DNA from: Perkinsus olseni
Lineage: Eukaryota
Assembly (NCBI GenBank): GCA_013115125.1
Contig: JABANN010000257.1
Coordinates: forward strand, 1-46,771
Reading direction: 5' to 3'
DNA: 46,771 bases
In this document: positions 11,364 to 22,282 of the stretch, in pieces
Numbering within the stretch: the first letter of the stretch is position 1
How the letters are laid out: each line of letters begins with the position of its first letter
The notes under the pieces: model-generated
What the model was told of the DNA's origin: nothing
Databases searched by the model: none
What the model saw: the letters and a program-made list of their open reading frames with translations, nothing else
Position numbers and translations under genes: made by a program

Positions 11364-14030
11364 CTATACTTCCGAGGAGGCCGTTGACGAATTATCATCG
11401 GCTGATGGAACATCCGAAGTCGCTCCTCGCTCCGAATCAAGAAGGTGTCTACTGTCGTCGTAGAGCACAGACGCTGTCTTGTGCGGCCACCAATTCCATC
11501 GTCCGAGAATAGCCATAAGAGCAGGCGTCATGAAAGGCCTCACGACAAATGTATCCAAGAGGACGGCAACGACCAGCAGGAACCCCGCTTGATTGAGCAT
11601 GGGACTAGAAGTGAGGACCAAGCCGAGAAATGCCACTGCCATGATGACACCAGCCATGGAGATAACCGATCCAGTCTTCCACACACCGATTTCAATCGAG
11701 GCCTTGTCGCCGTATCCGAGCTTGCGGGACTCGGTTATCCGACCGAGCAGGAAAATCTCGTAATCGAGGCTTAGACCGAGGACAACGGCGAAGCAGATGG
11801 GTACCACAACCCAGGAGAGGCCTTGTGAAACCACCGAAGATAGAGTAGCGCAGTTGAGACCGTTGAACCAACCAAACTGGAAAACGCCCATTGTGAACCC
11901 AAAGGAGAACACCAGCGTTATGTAGATGGTAACGACAGACCTGAGTGGGATGAGGACGGACTGATAAAGGAAACCAACGACGACGATACATATCGCCAGA
12001 ATGATGCCCAATGTGATCACGAAGCTGCTCATAACAGCACGATTAGAGTCGTAAGTTTCGCAGCTGACACCGTTCTCGATGATCTCGATCACATCATCGT
12101 ACTGAGAATTATACTTGTCCACCAAGGCTCGTAAATTATAGACGAACTTCTCGGATGCCGTAGAGGTCGGTGCTTGGTCCGCGACTAGCGTAGCGGTGAC
12201 AGCAGTACCGGCTGGATTCATAGTGGCCGCCAGACCCTCCTGGAAGTAACTGCATACACTCAGTTTACACAAGGGGTTGTTGGCGAATCTCGCCATAGAA
12301 TAGGGCACGGTCACGGTAGGCACACTGTCGAGCTTCACTAGCATGACGCTCGCAAGAGTGGAAGTATTCTGGCCCACGAGCAGTTCATCGACCAGCTCTT
12401 CTTGAAAGCCTTGGGCGGCTTTCCAGTATTCCGGACTTTCAAAGATGGTACCCTGCTTAGAACCTAGTATAATAGTATAGGGCGCCCACAAGCCGGGCGA
12501 AAAAGAGTCCTGGATGCGCTCAAGAGTCTCAGCGGTCGACATACCCCGGGGCTGCAGTAATGTCATGTCTGGGGAAGTCTCCATTTGCGTGACAAATATT
12601 GTGAATGGAACACCGAGTCCAATTATGATCGCAACTGCCAGTGCAGTTGAGTACCACTTAGTCGTGAACTTAGCCCAGTGGAACCAGTAAGGGACTTTAG
12701 GGCGAGGGATCTTTGAGGAACAACTTTTGAATATCCTAGAAATCCCAAAGCAACCGAAAGTAGAAAAGAAAGAAGGGAAGGACAGTATGAGTGTGGGAAT
12801 TACTGTCAAGTTTATTGTGACCGCGAGTATAACAGCAATCATCAAACCAGCTCCAAGTGAGCGAAATTGGACGATTGGGATGAAGAGTAGTCCGATGAAA
12901 CACAGAGTGAGTGTTGAGCCAGACCCCATAATAACATGACCGCTATGGCGAACGCTGAGGCCCAGGGCCTCGAAAGGCGTACGACCATGCGCCTGGATCT
13001 CCTCCCGATAGCGGGTAAGGATGAAAAGGGAATAATCGAACGACAGTGCAACGATGAGGAAGGCAATGACAGCAGGAGCTGCTGAGGTAACCTTCAACCA
13101 GTATCGTGCTATGAGGTAGAGGATGCCTCCAGCGTAACTGGCCGTGACCACTATAGAGACTAAGGGGATGAATATCATACGCCAGGATCGAACCACCAAG
13201 GCTAGCAGTACGAAGCTGACGGGGATCACTATGGCGTCTGAATGAATGACTTCTTGCTCAGTCAGGGTCTTGGCCTCGATGTTGTTGGTATAGGTACCAG
13301 TGAAGCCAACATAGACGACATCAGAACCAAACTGAGAATACAAATCCTGTACCATCTCATGCTCTAATTGTCTAACTCCTTGGGTGAGGGTCGTAGCGAA
13401 CCATACTTGCATCATGCTGGCGCTGTGGTTAGCCGATATCAGGACCTCAGCCTTGAGCAGATCGCCGTTCTCTTTGTAGGCGTAGTAGCTGGTGAGAAGG
13501 TACTCCGGTTGCTGCCATGTATCGTACACGTACCGTGTGATGTTGTACAGGAGATCATCATCGAGCAATGAGCTCCCATCCAGTTTTTGAATCAGCATAG
13601 TCTCGCTTGGTCTATACACGGTCGGAGGCTTAGTCGGCTGAGGCGTCGGGGTCGGAGTAGGGGTCGGCGCCGGGGTCGTGTGGGACGGCACAGGAGCGTA
13701 CCAAATCTTACGCATTGCGCTATTCTTATACGACCTAGTCCCAGGAGGAACTGCAAAGTCGTCGTTAGTAACCTTGAACACATTTATCAATCCAAAGACG
13801 CCGGCTACCACCAGGCCAATGACGACGGGGATGATGATCCAGCGCAGCTTGAACAACCATCTTAGATAAGTAAATATCAAATCAGGGGACTCGCTATCAG
13901 AGGAACTCGAGTTGGTGTCGCTAACAGATCCATCACTCCGATCTGACTTGCTGTTCTTTCGGAAGGAAAATACAGCGGCAGTCAACTTCTTGTAGAATTG
14001 CCTAGCACTGGATGACGAAGACTGGGTCAT
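11364..14030 (-). CDS. MMPL-family (RND superfamily) membrane transporter, MmpL/YdfJ-like, intronless, ~888 aa
   Basis: Continuous ORF. The likely ATG at 14030 (MTQSSSSSARQF) follows a pyrimidine tract plus AG; the ORF-track start at 14258 is non-ATG. Two MMPL halves: ALSFDYSLFILTRYREE...SGHVIMGSGSTL and GLSLDYEIFLLGRITE...TGSVISMAGVIMAVAF...AVLLDTFVVRPFMTPALMAILGRWNWWP. About 12 hydrophobic segments with two large loops. Confidence 0.9.
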   Translation of the reverse strand: MTQSSSSSARQFYKKLTAAVFSFRKNSKSDRSDGSVSDTNSSSSDSESPDLIFTYLRWLFKLRWIIIPVVIGLVVAGVFGLINVFKVTNDDFAVPPGTRSYKNSAMRKIWYAPVPSHTTPAPTPTPTPTPQPTKPPTVYRPSETMLIQKLDGSSLLDDDLLYNITRYVYDTWQQPEYLLTSYYAYKENGDLLKAEVLISANHSASMMQVWFATTLTQGVRQLEHEMVQDLYSQFGSDVVYVGFTGTYTNNIEAKTLTEQEVIHSDAIVIPVSFVLLALVVRSWRMIFIPLVSIVVTASYAGGILYLIARYWLKVTSAAPAVIAFLIVALSFDYSLFILTRYREEIQAHGRTPFEALGLSVRHSGHVIMGSGSTLTLCFIGLLFIPIVQFRSLGAGLMIAVILAVTINLTVIPTLILSFPSFFSTFGCFGISRIFKSCSSKIPRPKVPYWFHWAKFTTKWYSTALAVAIIIGLGVPFTIFVTQMETSPDMTLLQPRGMSTAETLERIQDSFSPGLWAPYTIILGSKQGTIFESPEYWKAAQGFQEELVDELLVGQNTSTLASVMLVKLDSVPTVTVPYSMARFANNPLCKLSVCSYFQEGLAATMNPAGTAVTATLVADQAPTSTASEKFVYNLRALVDKYNSQYDDVIEIIENGVSCETYDSNRAVMSSFVITLGIILAICIVVVGFLYQSVLIPLRSVVTIYITLVFSFGFTMGVFQFGWFNGLNCATLSSVVSQGLSWVVVPICFAVVLGLSLDYEIFLLGRITESRKLGYGDKASIEIGVWKTGSVISMAGVIMAVAFLGLVLTSSPMLNQAGFLLVVAVLLDTFVVRPFMTPALMAILGRWNWWPHKTASVLYDDSRHLLDSERGATSDVPSADDNSSTASSEV

Positions 14031-14205
14031 CCAAACTACGGCAAAAAGGTGAGGCTGAAGAAAGCCATTCGAAGCCGCCTTTCGCGCGAGACTATCAACG
14101 CAACAGATAACCCCGGGTTGTGAATAGAGAGCATTGGCTTGGTATAGAAACAATCTCGAAAGTAATACGTGGGGGTTTAACGTTGTTGGTTCGGACATGG
14201 GCTGA

Positions 14206-16612
14206 TCAATCGTTATGCAACCAACGATAAGGTAGGAAGGCAGTAGCAGCAGCAGCACTCAGGCCGGCATCCTCCGTCTTTAAGCGCGTCTGAAAAACAT
14301 TGGCGATATATATTCCCTTGCAAGGCCTTAGCTCATCTACAGACCTAGGGAACAGTGAGAAGGGCAAGATGGATGATGGAGGGCACGGTAATAGGATGGT
14401 TGCTCTCACCAGCATCCCATACTCGAGTCCCTATTCTAGCGCATAGCGATAGTAGTGTGTTACTCAGTCAGCCTCCTGAATCTCATCATCATCGTCCTCA
14501 TCTTCCTCATCCTCTTCTTGTATGGCGTCCAATCCTCCCATCAGACAAGGCGATACGACATCATACTCGTCCGTGGAGGACGACGACGAGGAGGAGGAGT
14601 CCCACTCCTCGTCATGCTCATCCGCCTGAACCATGGGAACTCGCCCTGGAGCATGCATAGCGATCTCTACCAGCCGTCGTTTGTAGGGATGCCGCAAGAT
14701 CCGAAAGTGCCACTCAGTATTACATATTGATATATGGTAAGGCCCTCCGAGCTGACGGCTGTAGCGTCGCAGCCTGCCTCAGTCACTATCCAGTCTATCC
14801 AAGGACCATTACCGTGCATCTCCGCCAGTATCATGCCGACACACTGGGAATCGCAATTCCGAACTGCAAGCACAATGGGTGAGGCAGTGGGTGAGGTAGG
14901 TAGTAGTACCTCTCATATCAGCACCCAGCTGATGGAGACACTGGAGGAAGGCGAGTGCTATCTCACCGGTTGGGGCAACTCCGGCGACCTACGAGCACAG
15001 AGCCAGGATATGACAAGGCCCTTGTAGGGCATGGCACTGTGAAATGAGAGCCATGTGGGGCAGGTCCATCCAATCAGATGGCGAGTTGATAATGAGCACT
15101 AACTGGATGAACGAAGGTCTCAGAGAACGTACTAGCTGACCATCAAAATAGCGAAGGTTTCAACCATCTAGGAATGCCACAGGCCCTCCACTGGAGGATC
15201 TCCAGAATCCTAGTACAATGTTCAACGCTTGCCGATTCGCGTGAAGATTTTTGAGCTGGGGCCTAACTTTTGAGACGCAAAGATTATACTAGCGAGCACT
15301 GAGTGTGCATAGACTATGACCTCCGAGATGATGAGATCCCCTCCCCCGCACTACTACCAAGTGACTCGCTGTGTCGCCGCTATCATTGGTCTGATTGACA
15401 TCAACACCATGTACTCTGACGAGATCTTGCATGGTGGTCAGAACCTCGTGTAGGGCCTCGGGTGAAGGGACACTACCAATCCGCGCATCATCCATGCCCC
15501 TGTAGCCAATCGCGATATCATTACTAGACTTTCATCTCCTCCTCGTCCTCGTCGTCTTCCTCATCATTCTCTTCGGGCATCATCTTCCGCTGCAGTCTGA
15601 TGAGCGCGTTGGCGCTAGCATAATGGAGACAACCGTTGCCATCACAGTCCAGCAGGGACGACAATGGCGTCTTCAGACGGGAGCCGAGCTGAGAACATTT
15701 CATGACGCCCTAACTGGATTCGAGCGGATACCTACTGCGTGAAGGGCAGCCCTGCGTGAGCTCTCAGCGAGAAGGTGGCACAACTGCATACCGTTGAACT
15801 GGGGGAACCTGCCGTAGTAAACTCCAGTGCGAAACACGAGAAGGCTGAAAATTCCACCCGAGTCGCTCCGAAAGGTGACGTATTTTTGCCCGGTATTTAC
15901 GCAAGGTGCGGCCAAAGACGCCCCTCAAAATCGGAAATCGAGATGCTAATAGCCGCGCGCATCCCAGTATGATGCCCCTAGTATGGAAGTTACCACTTGA
16001 CCGGTTCGCGCTCGCTGATGGTACTACATGTGCGTTAGCTGCCTTTCATTAATTGAGGGGTCGTTGATGATGTTGATGAGGGTGTCATCGGAAGGTAACT
16101 CGTCGAAGTGGACGAAGAAGATACTTTCAACAGGACTGAAGGAGCCCATGACATAACTAATAGTTTTCGAAAATGGAGTTCTTACTCGAAAACCTTCGAA
16201 ACGAAGAAGTCCACGGCACTCTGCGCTGACCGTTGAATAGCGCACTGGAGCGGCGTCCGGTTATCGAGATCTCTCACGTGCCAGTCGATGCCCTACTAGG
16301 AGTTGATGATAGCCTCCTGATGGTCTCTATACCGCTCTTCTACCTCCTTGTGTAACCATTCCATCACATCACGGTCGCCTCCGTCTATCACGCAATAATG
16401 AGCAGCACTCATGCCGGTGTCAGGAGAAACTGTGTTGATGTCGACGGACTCTGGACGACAACAGACGATGAAGGAGACGTGTGGTACTCTATTGTCGTGC
16501 TACCATCATTGTCTCTGATGGCCTTGCAAGCAACGAAATCCCCTCTACGAGCGGCATCTAGGAAGTCACAGTCAGCGGTAGTCGTGAGAGTACTGGAAGG
16601 AGCAGACGGCAT
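14206..16612 (-). CDS. Ankyrin-repeat protein, multi-exon, with acidic low-complexity tracts
   Basis: Spliced exons give ankyrin-like units: FLDAARRGDFVACK, VDINTVSPDTGMSAAHYCVIDGGDRDVMEWLHKE, GIDWHVRDLDNRTPLQCAIQR, DCDGNGCLHYASAN, HGVDVNQTNDSGDTASHL, WIVTEAGCDATAVSSEGLTIYQY. ATG at 16612. The 3' end is uncertain (stop at 14464 or 14206). Confidence 0.7.
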
Positions 16613-16766
16613 TTATTAACGCGTGACGATGGATGAAAGCTGCTGGCCACCTTCCAAAGCGAGAGCCTTGCCTGCCCGGCCTACACAGTTTACGGGACCT
16701 CTTGAATCTCGAAGCGACCGTGATACTCACGGCTGACGAACAGTGATTAGTGGAATCTGTAGAATC

Positions 16767-16833
16767 GGAGGGTGTTGGGATTGAACCCGGGCCGTTGGGA
16801 TCGGAGTCGGAGGCCAACGCGCTACATCACTAG
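16767..16833 (-). pseudogene. Degenerate tRNA-like sequence (pseudo-tRNA or tRNA-derived SINE head)
   Basis: The minus strand reads CTAGTGATGTAGCGCGTTGGCCTCCGACTCCGATCCCAACGGCCCGGGTTCAATCCCAACACCCTCC. It has an A-box/D-arm-like TAGTGATGTAGCGCG, an anticodon-arm-like TTGGCCTCCGA..CCAA with CTCCGA duplicated, and a B-box GGTTCAATCCC. The acceptor and T stems do not pair fully. Confidence 0.35.
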
Positions 16834-17361
16834 AATCCGCATGGCCACCGGCGAAAAGATGGATGACGGCTGCAGGAGATGTTTATCGCTTGGCCAAACT
16901 GTTCATTCCACAATAGTGGTGGATCAGATCAGTTGGCACGGCCGAATCCGCATAAGTCCCTTGGAAGATCAACCAGAGTCGGGTGACCATGTGGGACGCC
17001 ACTGCGACGCCACTAGATCAGCATATCCTTGCTGCCTTGAAGCTAGCACTGCTGCAACGCCGATATCTCTGGGTGCACCATTCGAATACCCAGTCGGTCA
17101 GCTTCCGTGGCATCGACTGGGAGCCGTGTTTGAGCCACCCCTTCATTTGGACACCCCTACTGCCAGCTCTAGATGAAGGGGTTGTGTGATCGTATAATGG
17201 CTGAAGCTAGCGATCCAGTGACTGGATAATAGTCTGGAATTTTTTGTTGGCTATTCACTCATACATACTCAGTCAAGGTTGCTGGTTACAATAGTACCAA
17301 ATCATCCAGTAGAGTTCTATATCAGTTGTTGTTGGTCTCTGTTTGATAATACGACTTTACA

Positions 17362-19278
17362 ATGGCTGTTAGCCCTGTGAAAGTTGATTTGGAAGAAGCT
17401 CGTGAGAAGTCTTTCCGTACTACCATTTCAACTTCTGAAGATACCGACGTGTAAGCTGCTGGGATTATCCGCCTGCCACTCCGATGCGGCCTTCATTTTC
17501 AGTGGTTCGAGTTTGGAGTGGACCCACCTCACCTTCTCCATCGGCGACAAGAAGATTCTCGATGACTGTTCTGGAATGATTCGGCCCGGCGAGCTGACTG
17601 CCGTCCTAGGGCCCTCGGGTTCGGGGAAATCTACCCTCATGAACGTGCTTGGCGGAAGGCAGAGCCTGAAGGGCCCTGGCAAAACTTTCGACGGTGCAGT
17701 GTCGTTCAACGGGAAGGTTGAGGACCCAGTGGAATTCCGCAGTCGTATAGCTTATGTCATGCAAGACGATACTCTGGTTGCAACGAGCACGCCTAAGGAG
17801 ATCCTAGAGTTCTCGGCCAACCTCAGGCTCAGTGGCAGTAACAAGAAAGAGGTACCAAGGGGGATGCTCGAAACTACAAGTCACGATGAGTTCGTCAGGT
17901 AGATGAATTGGTGACGAATCTTCTGGACTCCTTGAAGCTGACCAACTGCAAAGATACTGTTGTTGGTAACGAGATCATTAAGGGTATTTCCGGTGGCGAG
18001 AGGAAAAGGACTTCAGTGGGCGTTGAGCTCATAACCAAGCCAGAGATGATTTTCTTGGATGAGCCTCTCACTGGTCTTGACTCCTACGCTGCTACCACTA
18101 CCGTTAAGGTGCTCAAGGACTTAGCTGCCAGTGGCGTGCCTGTGATGGTCACAGTTCATCAGCCCTCCAGCGAGATCTTCGCTATGTTTGATAATGTCCT
18201 GGTCATCTCGGAGGGGTCTATCGTCTACCAAGGCCCCAGGAAGGGACTCGTTGGGTTCCTCTACGAAAATGGTGGATACAAGTGCCCGAGTAACTACAAC
18301 CCGGCCGACTTCGTGCTGTACAAGTTGCAGACCGAGCCCAGAGAGAATATCCTGGCTCTGGCCGATGCTTATAGAAGCGACTTCGAGAAAAGGGCGGCTC
18401 CCACAATCGAGGGTGTTCGTGCGAAGGCGGTCCACTTGCCTGATGTGCGTTCGAAGGCGCGTGTCGCTTCGATGAGGGTTCAGTTGAGAGAGCTTATGAA
18501 AAGGGACTTTAGAGATGTTATTCGAAATCCAACGGTACAAGTGATCAAGGTCTGCATGACTATTGTTATGGGCCTTATCATGGGCTGTGTATTCTTCCAA
18601 GCCGGCGCTGATGAGCCTGAGATCTTCTGGCTCACTAATCGAGGGAAGTTCCAGTCCTATTATGGTGCCTTGGTGATCACGTGCGTGGGAGCTATGATGG
18701 GCTCGGCACAGACAACCATCCTGAGATACCCTGAGCAACGGGCCATCTTCGTCAGGGAGTACGCTAGCAACATGTACTCCTCTATCCCCTACGTCTTCTC
18801 CCAGACTCTCCTTGAAGTACCGATGGCGTTCATAGAGAGCGTCATTCAGATCATCATCGCTTACTTTATGATCAACTACCAGGGCAGTTGGATCTTGTGG
18901 GTCCTGACGAACCTTCTTATCAACCTGGTCTCTGCCTCGTTCGCCCAGTTCCTCGGTGCTGTGGCCAACTCGGGCGCCCAGGCTATGCAGTTCATGCCGT
19001 TGCTCTTCGTCCCTCAAATGATCTTCTCTGGTTTGTTCACTCCCATGAGCCAGATCCCTGTGTGGCTGCGTTGGTTGCAATACCTGAGCTTCCTCAAGTA
19101 CACCGCCTGCCTGGCCTACTTCAACGAGTTTGGATTCGATATGACCCTCTTGAATGAGGCCAATGATATCCACTCCGACCTCGTCGGTCTGTACATCGGT
19201 GTGCTCCTAGCGATGCTCATTATACTGCGTATCTTGGCTACTATTGTTTTGAAGCGCAAATCTCGGTTCGTGTACTAA
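17362..19278 (+). CDS. ABCG (White-family) half-transporter, copy 1; exons 17362-17450, 17503-17851, 17899-19278
   Basis: NBD-then-TMD order. Walker A GPSGSGKST, Q-loop YVMQDD, signature ISGGERKR, Walker B IFLDEP, H-loop TVHQP, then CPSNYNPADF and an ABC2-type membrane domain. Both GT-AG introns splice in frame. Confidence 0.95.
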
Positions 19279-19649
19279 GCAGCTGAGGAAACGGCACTTC
19301 AGTACATGGAGGGCTGTTAGTCCTCAGACTGTTGACCTGTCTTCGCTTCCTTCCGTTTACGTTCCCGAATAGAACATAACATCTTTCTCCATTCATAATA
19401 CAGCTCTATTGAATGATTAGCTTTGCCGTAGTTGTTCTCTGATTAAACGCTGTACGATTCGGTTTGAGACATCAAGCTTCGGTCTGTCCTTACAGACTGC
19501 ATTGCAGCATTCCTTGATAACAGTTCATTGACAGGCGTTGTCTGCCGTTTTCTCCTTCCCTACTGATAGTGTCTCGCTGCCCGATCATGGGCTTGGGGGA
19601 GTCCTGTTAGTTCCTATTGCCCATAAGTTGTTGGTGTTATTTCACGGCT

Positions 19650-21592
19650 ATGAGTTTTCATACGTCTATTCCCTCTTCCACCGGCGAGGCCAGCCCTGCG
19701 ACCACTACAGCTGACTTGCGGAAGTTCCGATCGATTTCGGTCGGCGGGCCTGAAGTGAAGTAGGTCCACTAGCAGCTTCCACGAGGTTTCGTTGATCATC
19801 ATTTTTCTTTTCAGGGGAGCTAGTCTGGAATGGACCGATGTCGATTTTGTTATCAAGGGGAAGAAGATTCTCAACAGCTGCACGGGTATCCTTCGGCCTG
19901 GCGAGCTGACCGCTGTTCTCGGCCCGTCCGGCTCCGGCAAGTCCACCTTAATGAACGTTCTTGGTGGAAGACAGGGTCTTCGCGGGAAGGGGAAGTCCTT
20001 CAGTGGAGAGGTCTCGTTCAACGGCAAAGTTCAAGATCCGGTGAACTTCCGAAGCCACATAGCCTATGTTATGCAAGATGATCATTTAACTGCTACTGCT
20101 ACCCCTAGAGAAGTTTTGGAGATGTCAGCTCGTCTGAGAATGCGTGACCAAGATGAAAAAGAGGTGAGTCGTGAACCTGTGGTGTTTGGGGGGAATCCTT
20201 CCTGCTGCGCAGATTCAAGCTTTGGTCACGGATCTCCTTGATTCGTTGAAGTTGACACCGTGCAAGGATACTGTGGTGGGCAACGGTGTTATCAAGGGGA
20301 TATCAGGCGGCGAGCGGAAGCGCACATCTGTGGGAATGGAGCTCATCTCCAAGCCGCAGATGATCTTCCTTGACGAGCCTTTGTCGGGGCTCGACTCCTA
20401 TGCTGCTGTTACCACCATGAAGGTCCTCAAAGAGTTGGCGCGCTCTGGCGTGGCGGTGATGGTGACGGTTCATCAACCCTCCAGCGAGATCTTCTCTATG
20501 TTTGACAATACTCTTGTCATTTGCAGTGGAATGATGGTGTACCAGGGCCCGACTGCCGACCTCAAGGACTTCTTCCAGGATAATGCATCTATCAAATGCC
20601 CTCCTGATTACAACCCAGCTGACTTTGTCCTCTCCGAGCTTCAGACTGCTCCCCTGGTGGACATACAAAGGCTCGCTCATGTGTACAAGAAACAGGCCGA
20701 AGCGAAAATCGTGCCTGCCATTGAGAAGTCCCGGGTTCAAGGAAGCGATGCTCCATCTCTGAAGCCCAAGGCGAGGCCAGCTGCCTTTACCACTCAGCTC
20801 AGAGAACTCTTCCTGCGTGATGCGCGAGATACTTTCCGTAACAAGCCTGTACTGATTGCTCGCTACAGCGTTCTTATCATTCTCAACCTTCTCTTCGGTT
20901 GCGTGTTCTTCGATGCTGGTTCGAGCCAGAGCGAAGAGTACTGGCTGGCGAATCTAGGAGAGTTCATTCCCTACTATGGCGGCATGGTTACTGTGTGTAT
21001 TTTCGCTATGATGGGCTCAGCTCAGGCGACCATCTTGCGATTCCCCGAACAGCGAGGTATCTTCCTCAGAGAATACGCGAGCAATACGTATTCAACCATT
21101 CCTTATATGATTTCGAAGATGATGGCCGAATTCCCTCTGTCTTTCGTCGACTCTGTTGTGCAAATTATCATTACTTACTACATGATGAACTTCCAGGGCA
21201 ACATTTTCTACTGGTTTTTGACTTCCTGGGTCTTGAACATCTCCTCGGTCTCTCTGGCCCAGTTGGTTGGAGCCGCCGTGAACTCGGGGGCGCAGGCCAT
21301 TCAGATGATGCCCGTGCTTTTCGTCCCGCAGATGGTGTTTTCTGGACTGTTCACTAGCCTTAGTAACATCCCTGTGTGGCTGCGTTGGATTCAGTGGCTC
21401 TGTGCTCTGAAGTACGGGGTTAACTTAGCCTACTTCAACGAGTTCGGTTTTGATTACGCCCAATTGAGCGAAATCAATGATGCTAAGTCGAGTCTCGTCG
21501 GGCTGGATATCGGCATTCTCCTCGGTTTGATCGTTGTTCTTCGTACTGCTACTAATGTTGTTCTTAAGAGGAAGGCTAGGTATGTTTTCTAA
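19650..21592 (+). CDS. ABCG (White-family) half-transporter, copy 2; exons 19650-19759, 19815-20163, 20213-21592
   Basis: Same motifs as copy 1 (GPSGSGKST, YVMQDD, ISGGERKR, IFLDEP, TVHQP, CPPDYNPADF) and the same two intron positions and phases. Tandem paralog. Confidence 0.95.
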
Positions 21593-22282
21593 GCCTTCCT
21601 TATGTGTTGGTCTGTGGAACTGTTAGTTCCCAGAAGGGCCGAGAACTCTCGAGGCCAACAGAAGGGGCGTGGCGAAACAGTTTATAAGTTGTTCTGTCGA
21701 GTTCCGATGTATTGCTTGTGTTGTTGTATAAAATTTCCCTTCTGCTGATGAGAGGTCTCACACCGGAGAAATTCATACAGTAGACAGTTTCCCACAGACG
21801 TTGTCTGCAGTGCGTGCTTCTTGTGTTACTTAAAGAATGTTAGGTTTTTCTGGGTGGCTTCCACTGTTGTTTTTCGGTTCATGCGTCTTCCTCTTAGTAA
21901 CAGTTTCCCTAGCGTGCTGTCTCCTAGGCTGAACGAACACAATACTATAAACGTCCTCAGATGAAATAAATGGGGCTGTCCTGAAGCCCACTATAATTGA
22001 CCATATCGATCATTGATACCAGAGGATTAAGCAGACGGCTCGTCTGAGGCTTTCGAAGGGTGGCCCTCGGTCGGAGCTAGGTATCCGTGTTAATAACGAT
22101 GGCACACGAATACCGTACGCTCGGACGGGGAGACTGACATCAAGTATGGCCAATGAAATTATAATTAGGGTAACAGTAGTGTAACAGCAACAACAAAAGT
22201 TTGACGGCATAGATTCAACAATAATACTGTGATCTGCGATTGAAAAAATAGGAGACCCTCATAAACTTTTCAAACCGTCTTC

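Noticed and set aside
14031..14046. CCGTAGTTTGG before the MMPL ATG (and CCGATAGCCATC near 23974) as relict spliced-leader sequence
   Set aside because: These are only short partial matches to the CCGTAGCCAT(C/T)TTGGCTCAAG leader, and the one near ICL is on the wrong strand. The first is better explained as a splice acceptor.
14031..14258. 77-aa N-terminal extension of the MMPL ORF given by the ORF track
   Set aside because: It has a non-ATG start and overlaps the probable end of the ankyrin gene. ATG 14030 is the better start.
16983..17189. Short + strand ORF (MWDATATPLDQHILAALKLALL...)
   Set aside because: No recognisable homology or convincing exon chain. It could be a small gene or relic but is not supportable.
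18121..19173. 350-aa antisense ORF opposite ABCG copy 1
   Set aside because: In-register shadow ORF explained by the codon bias of the sense gene; it has no motifs.
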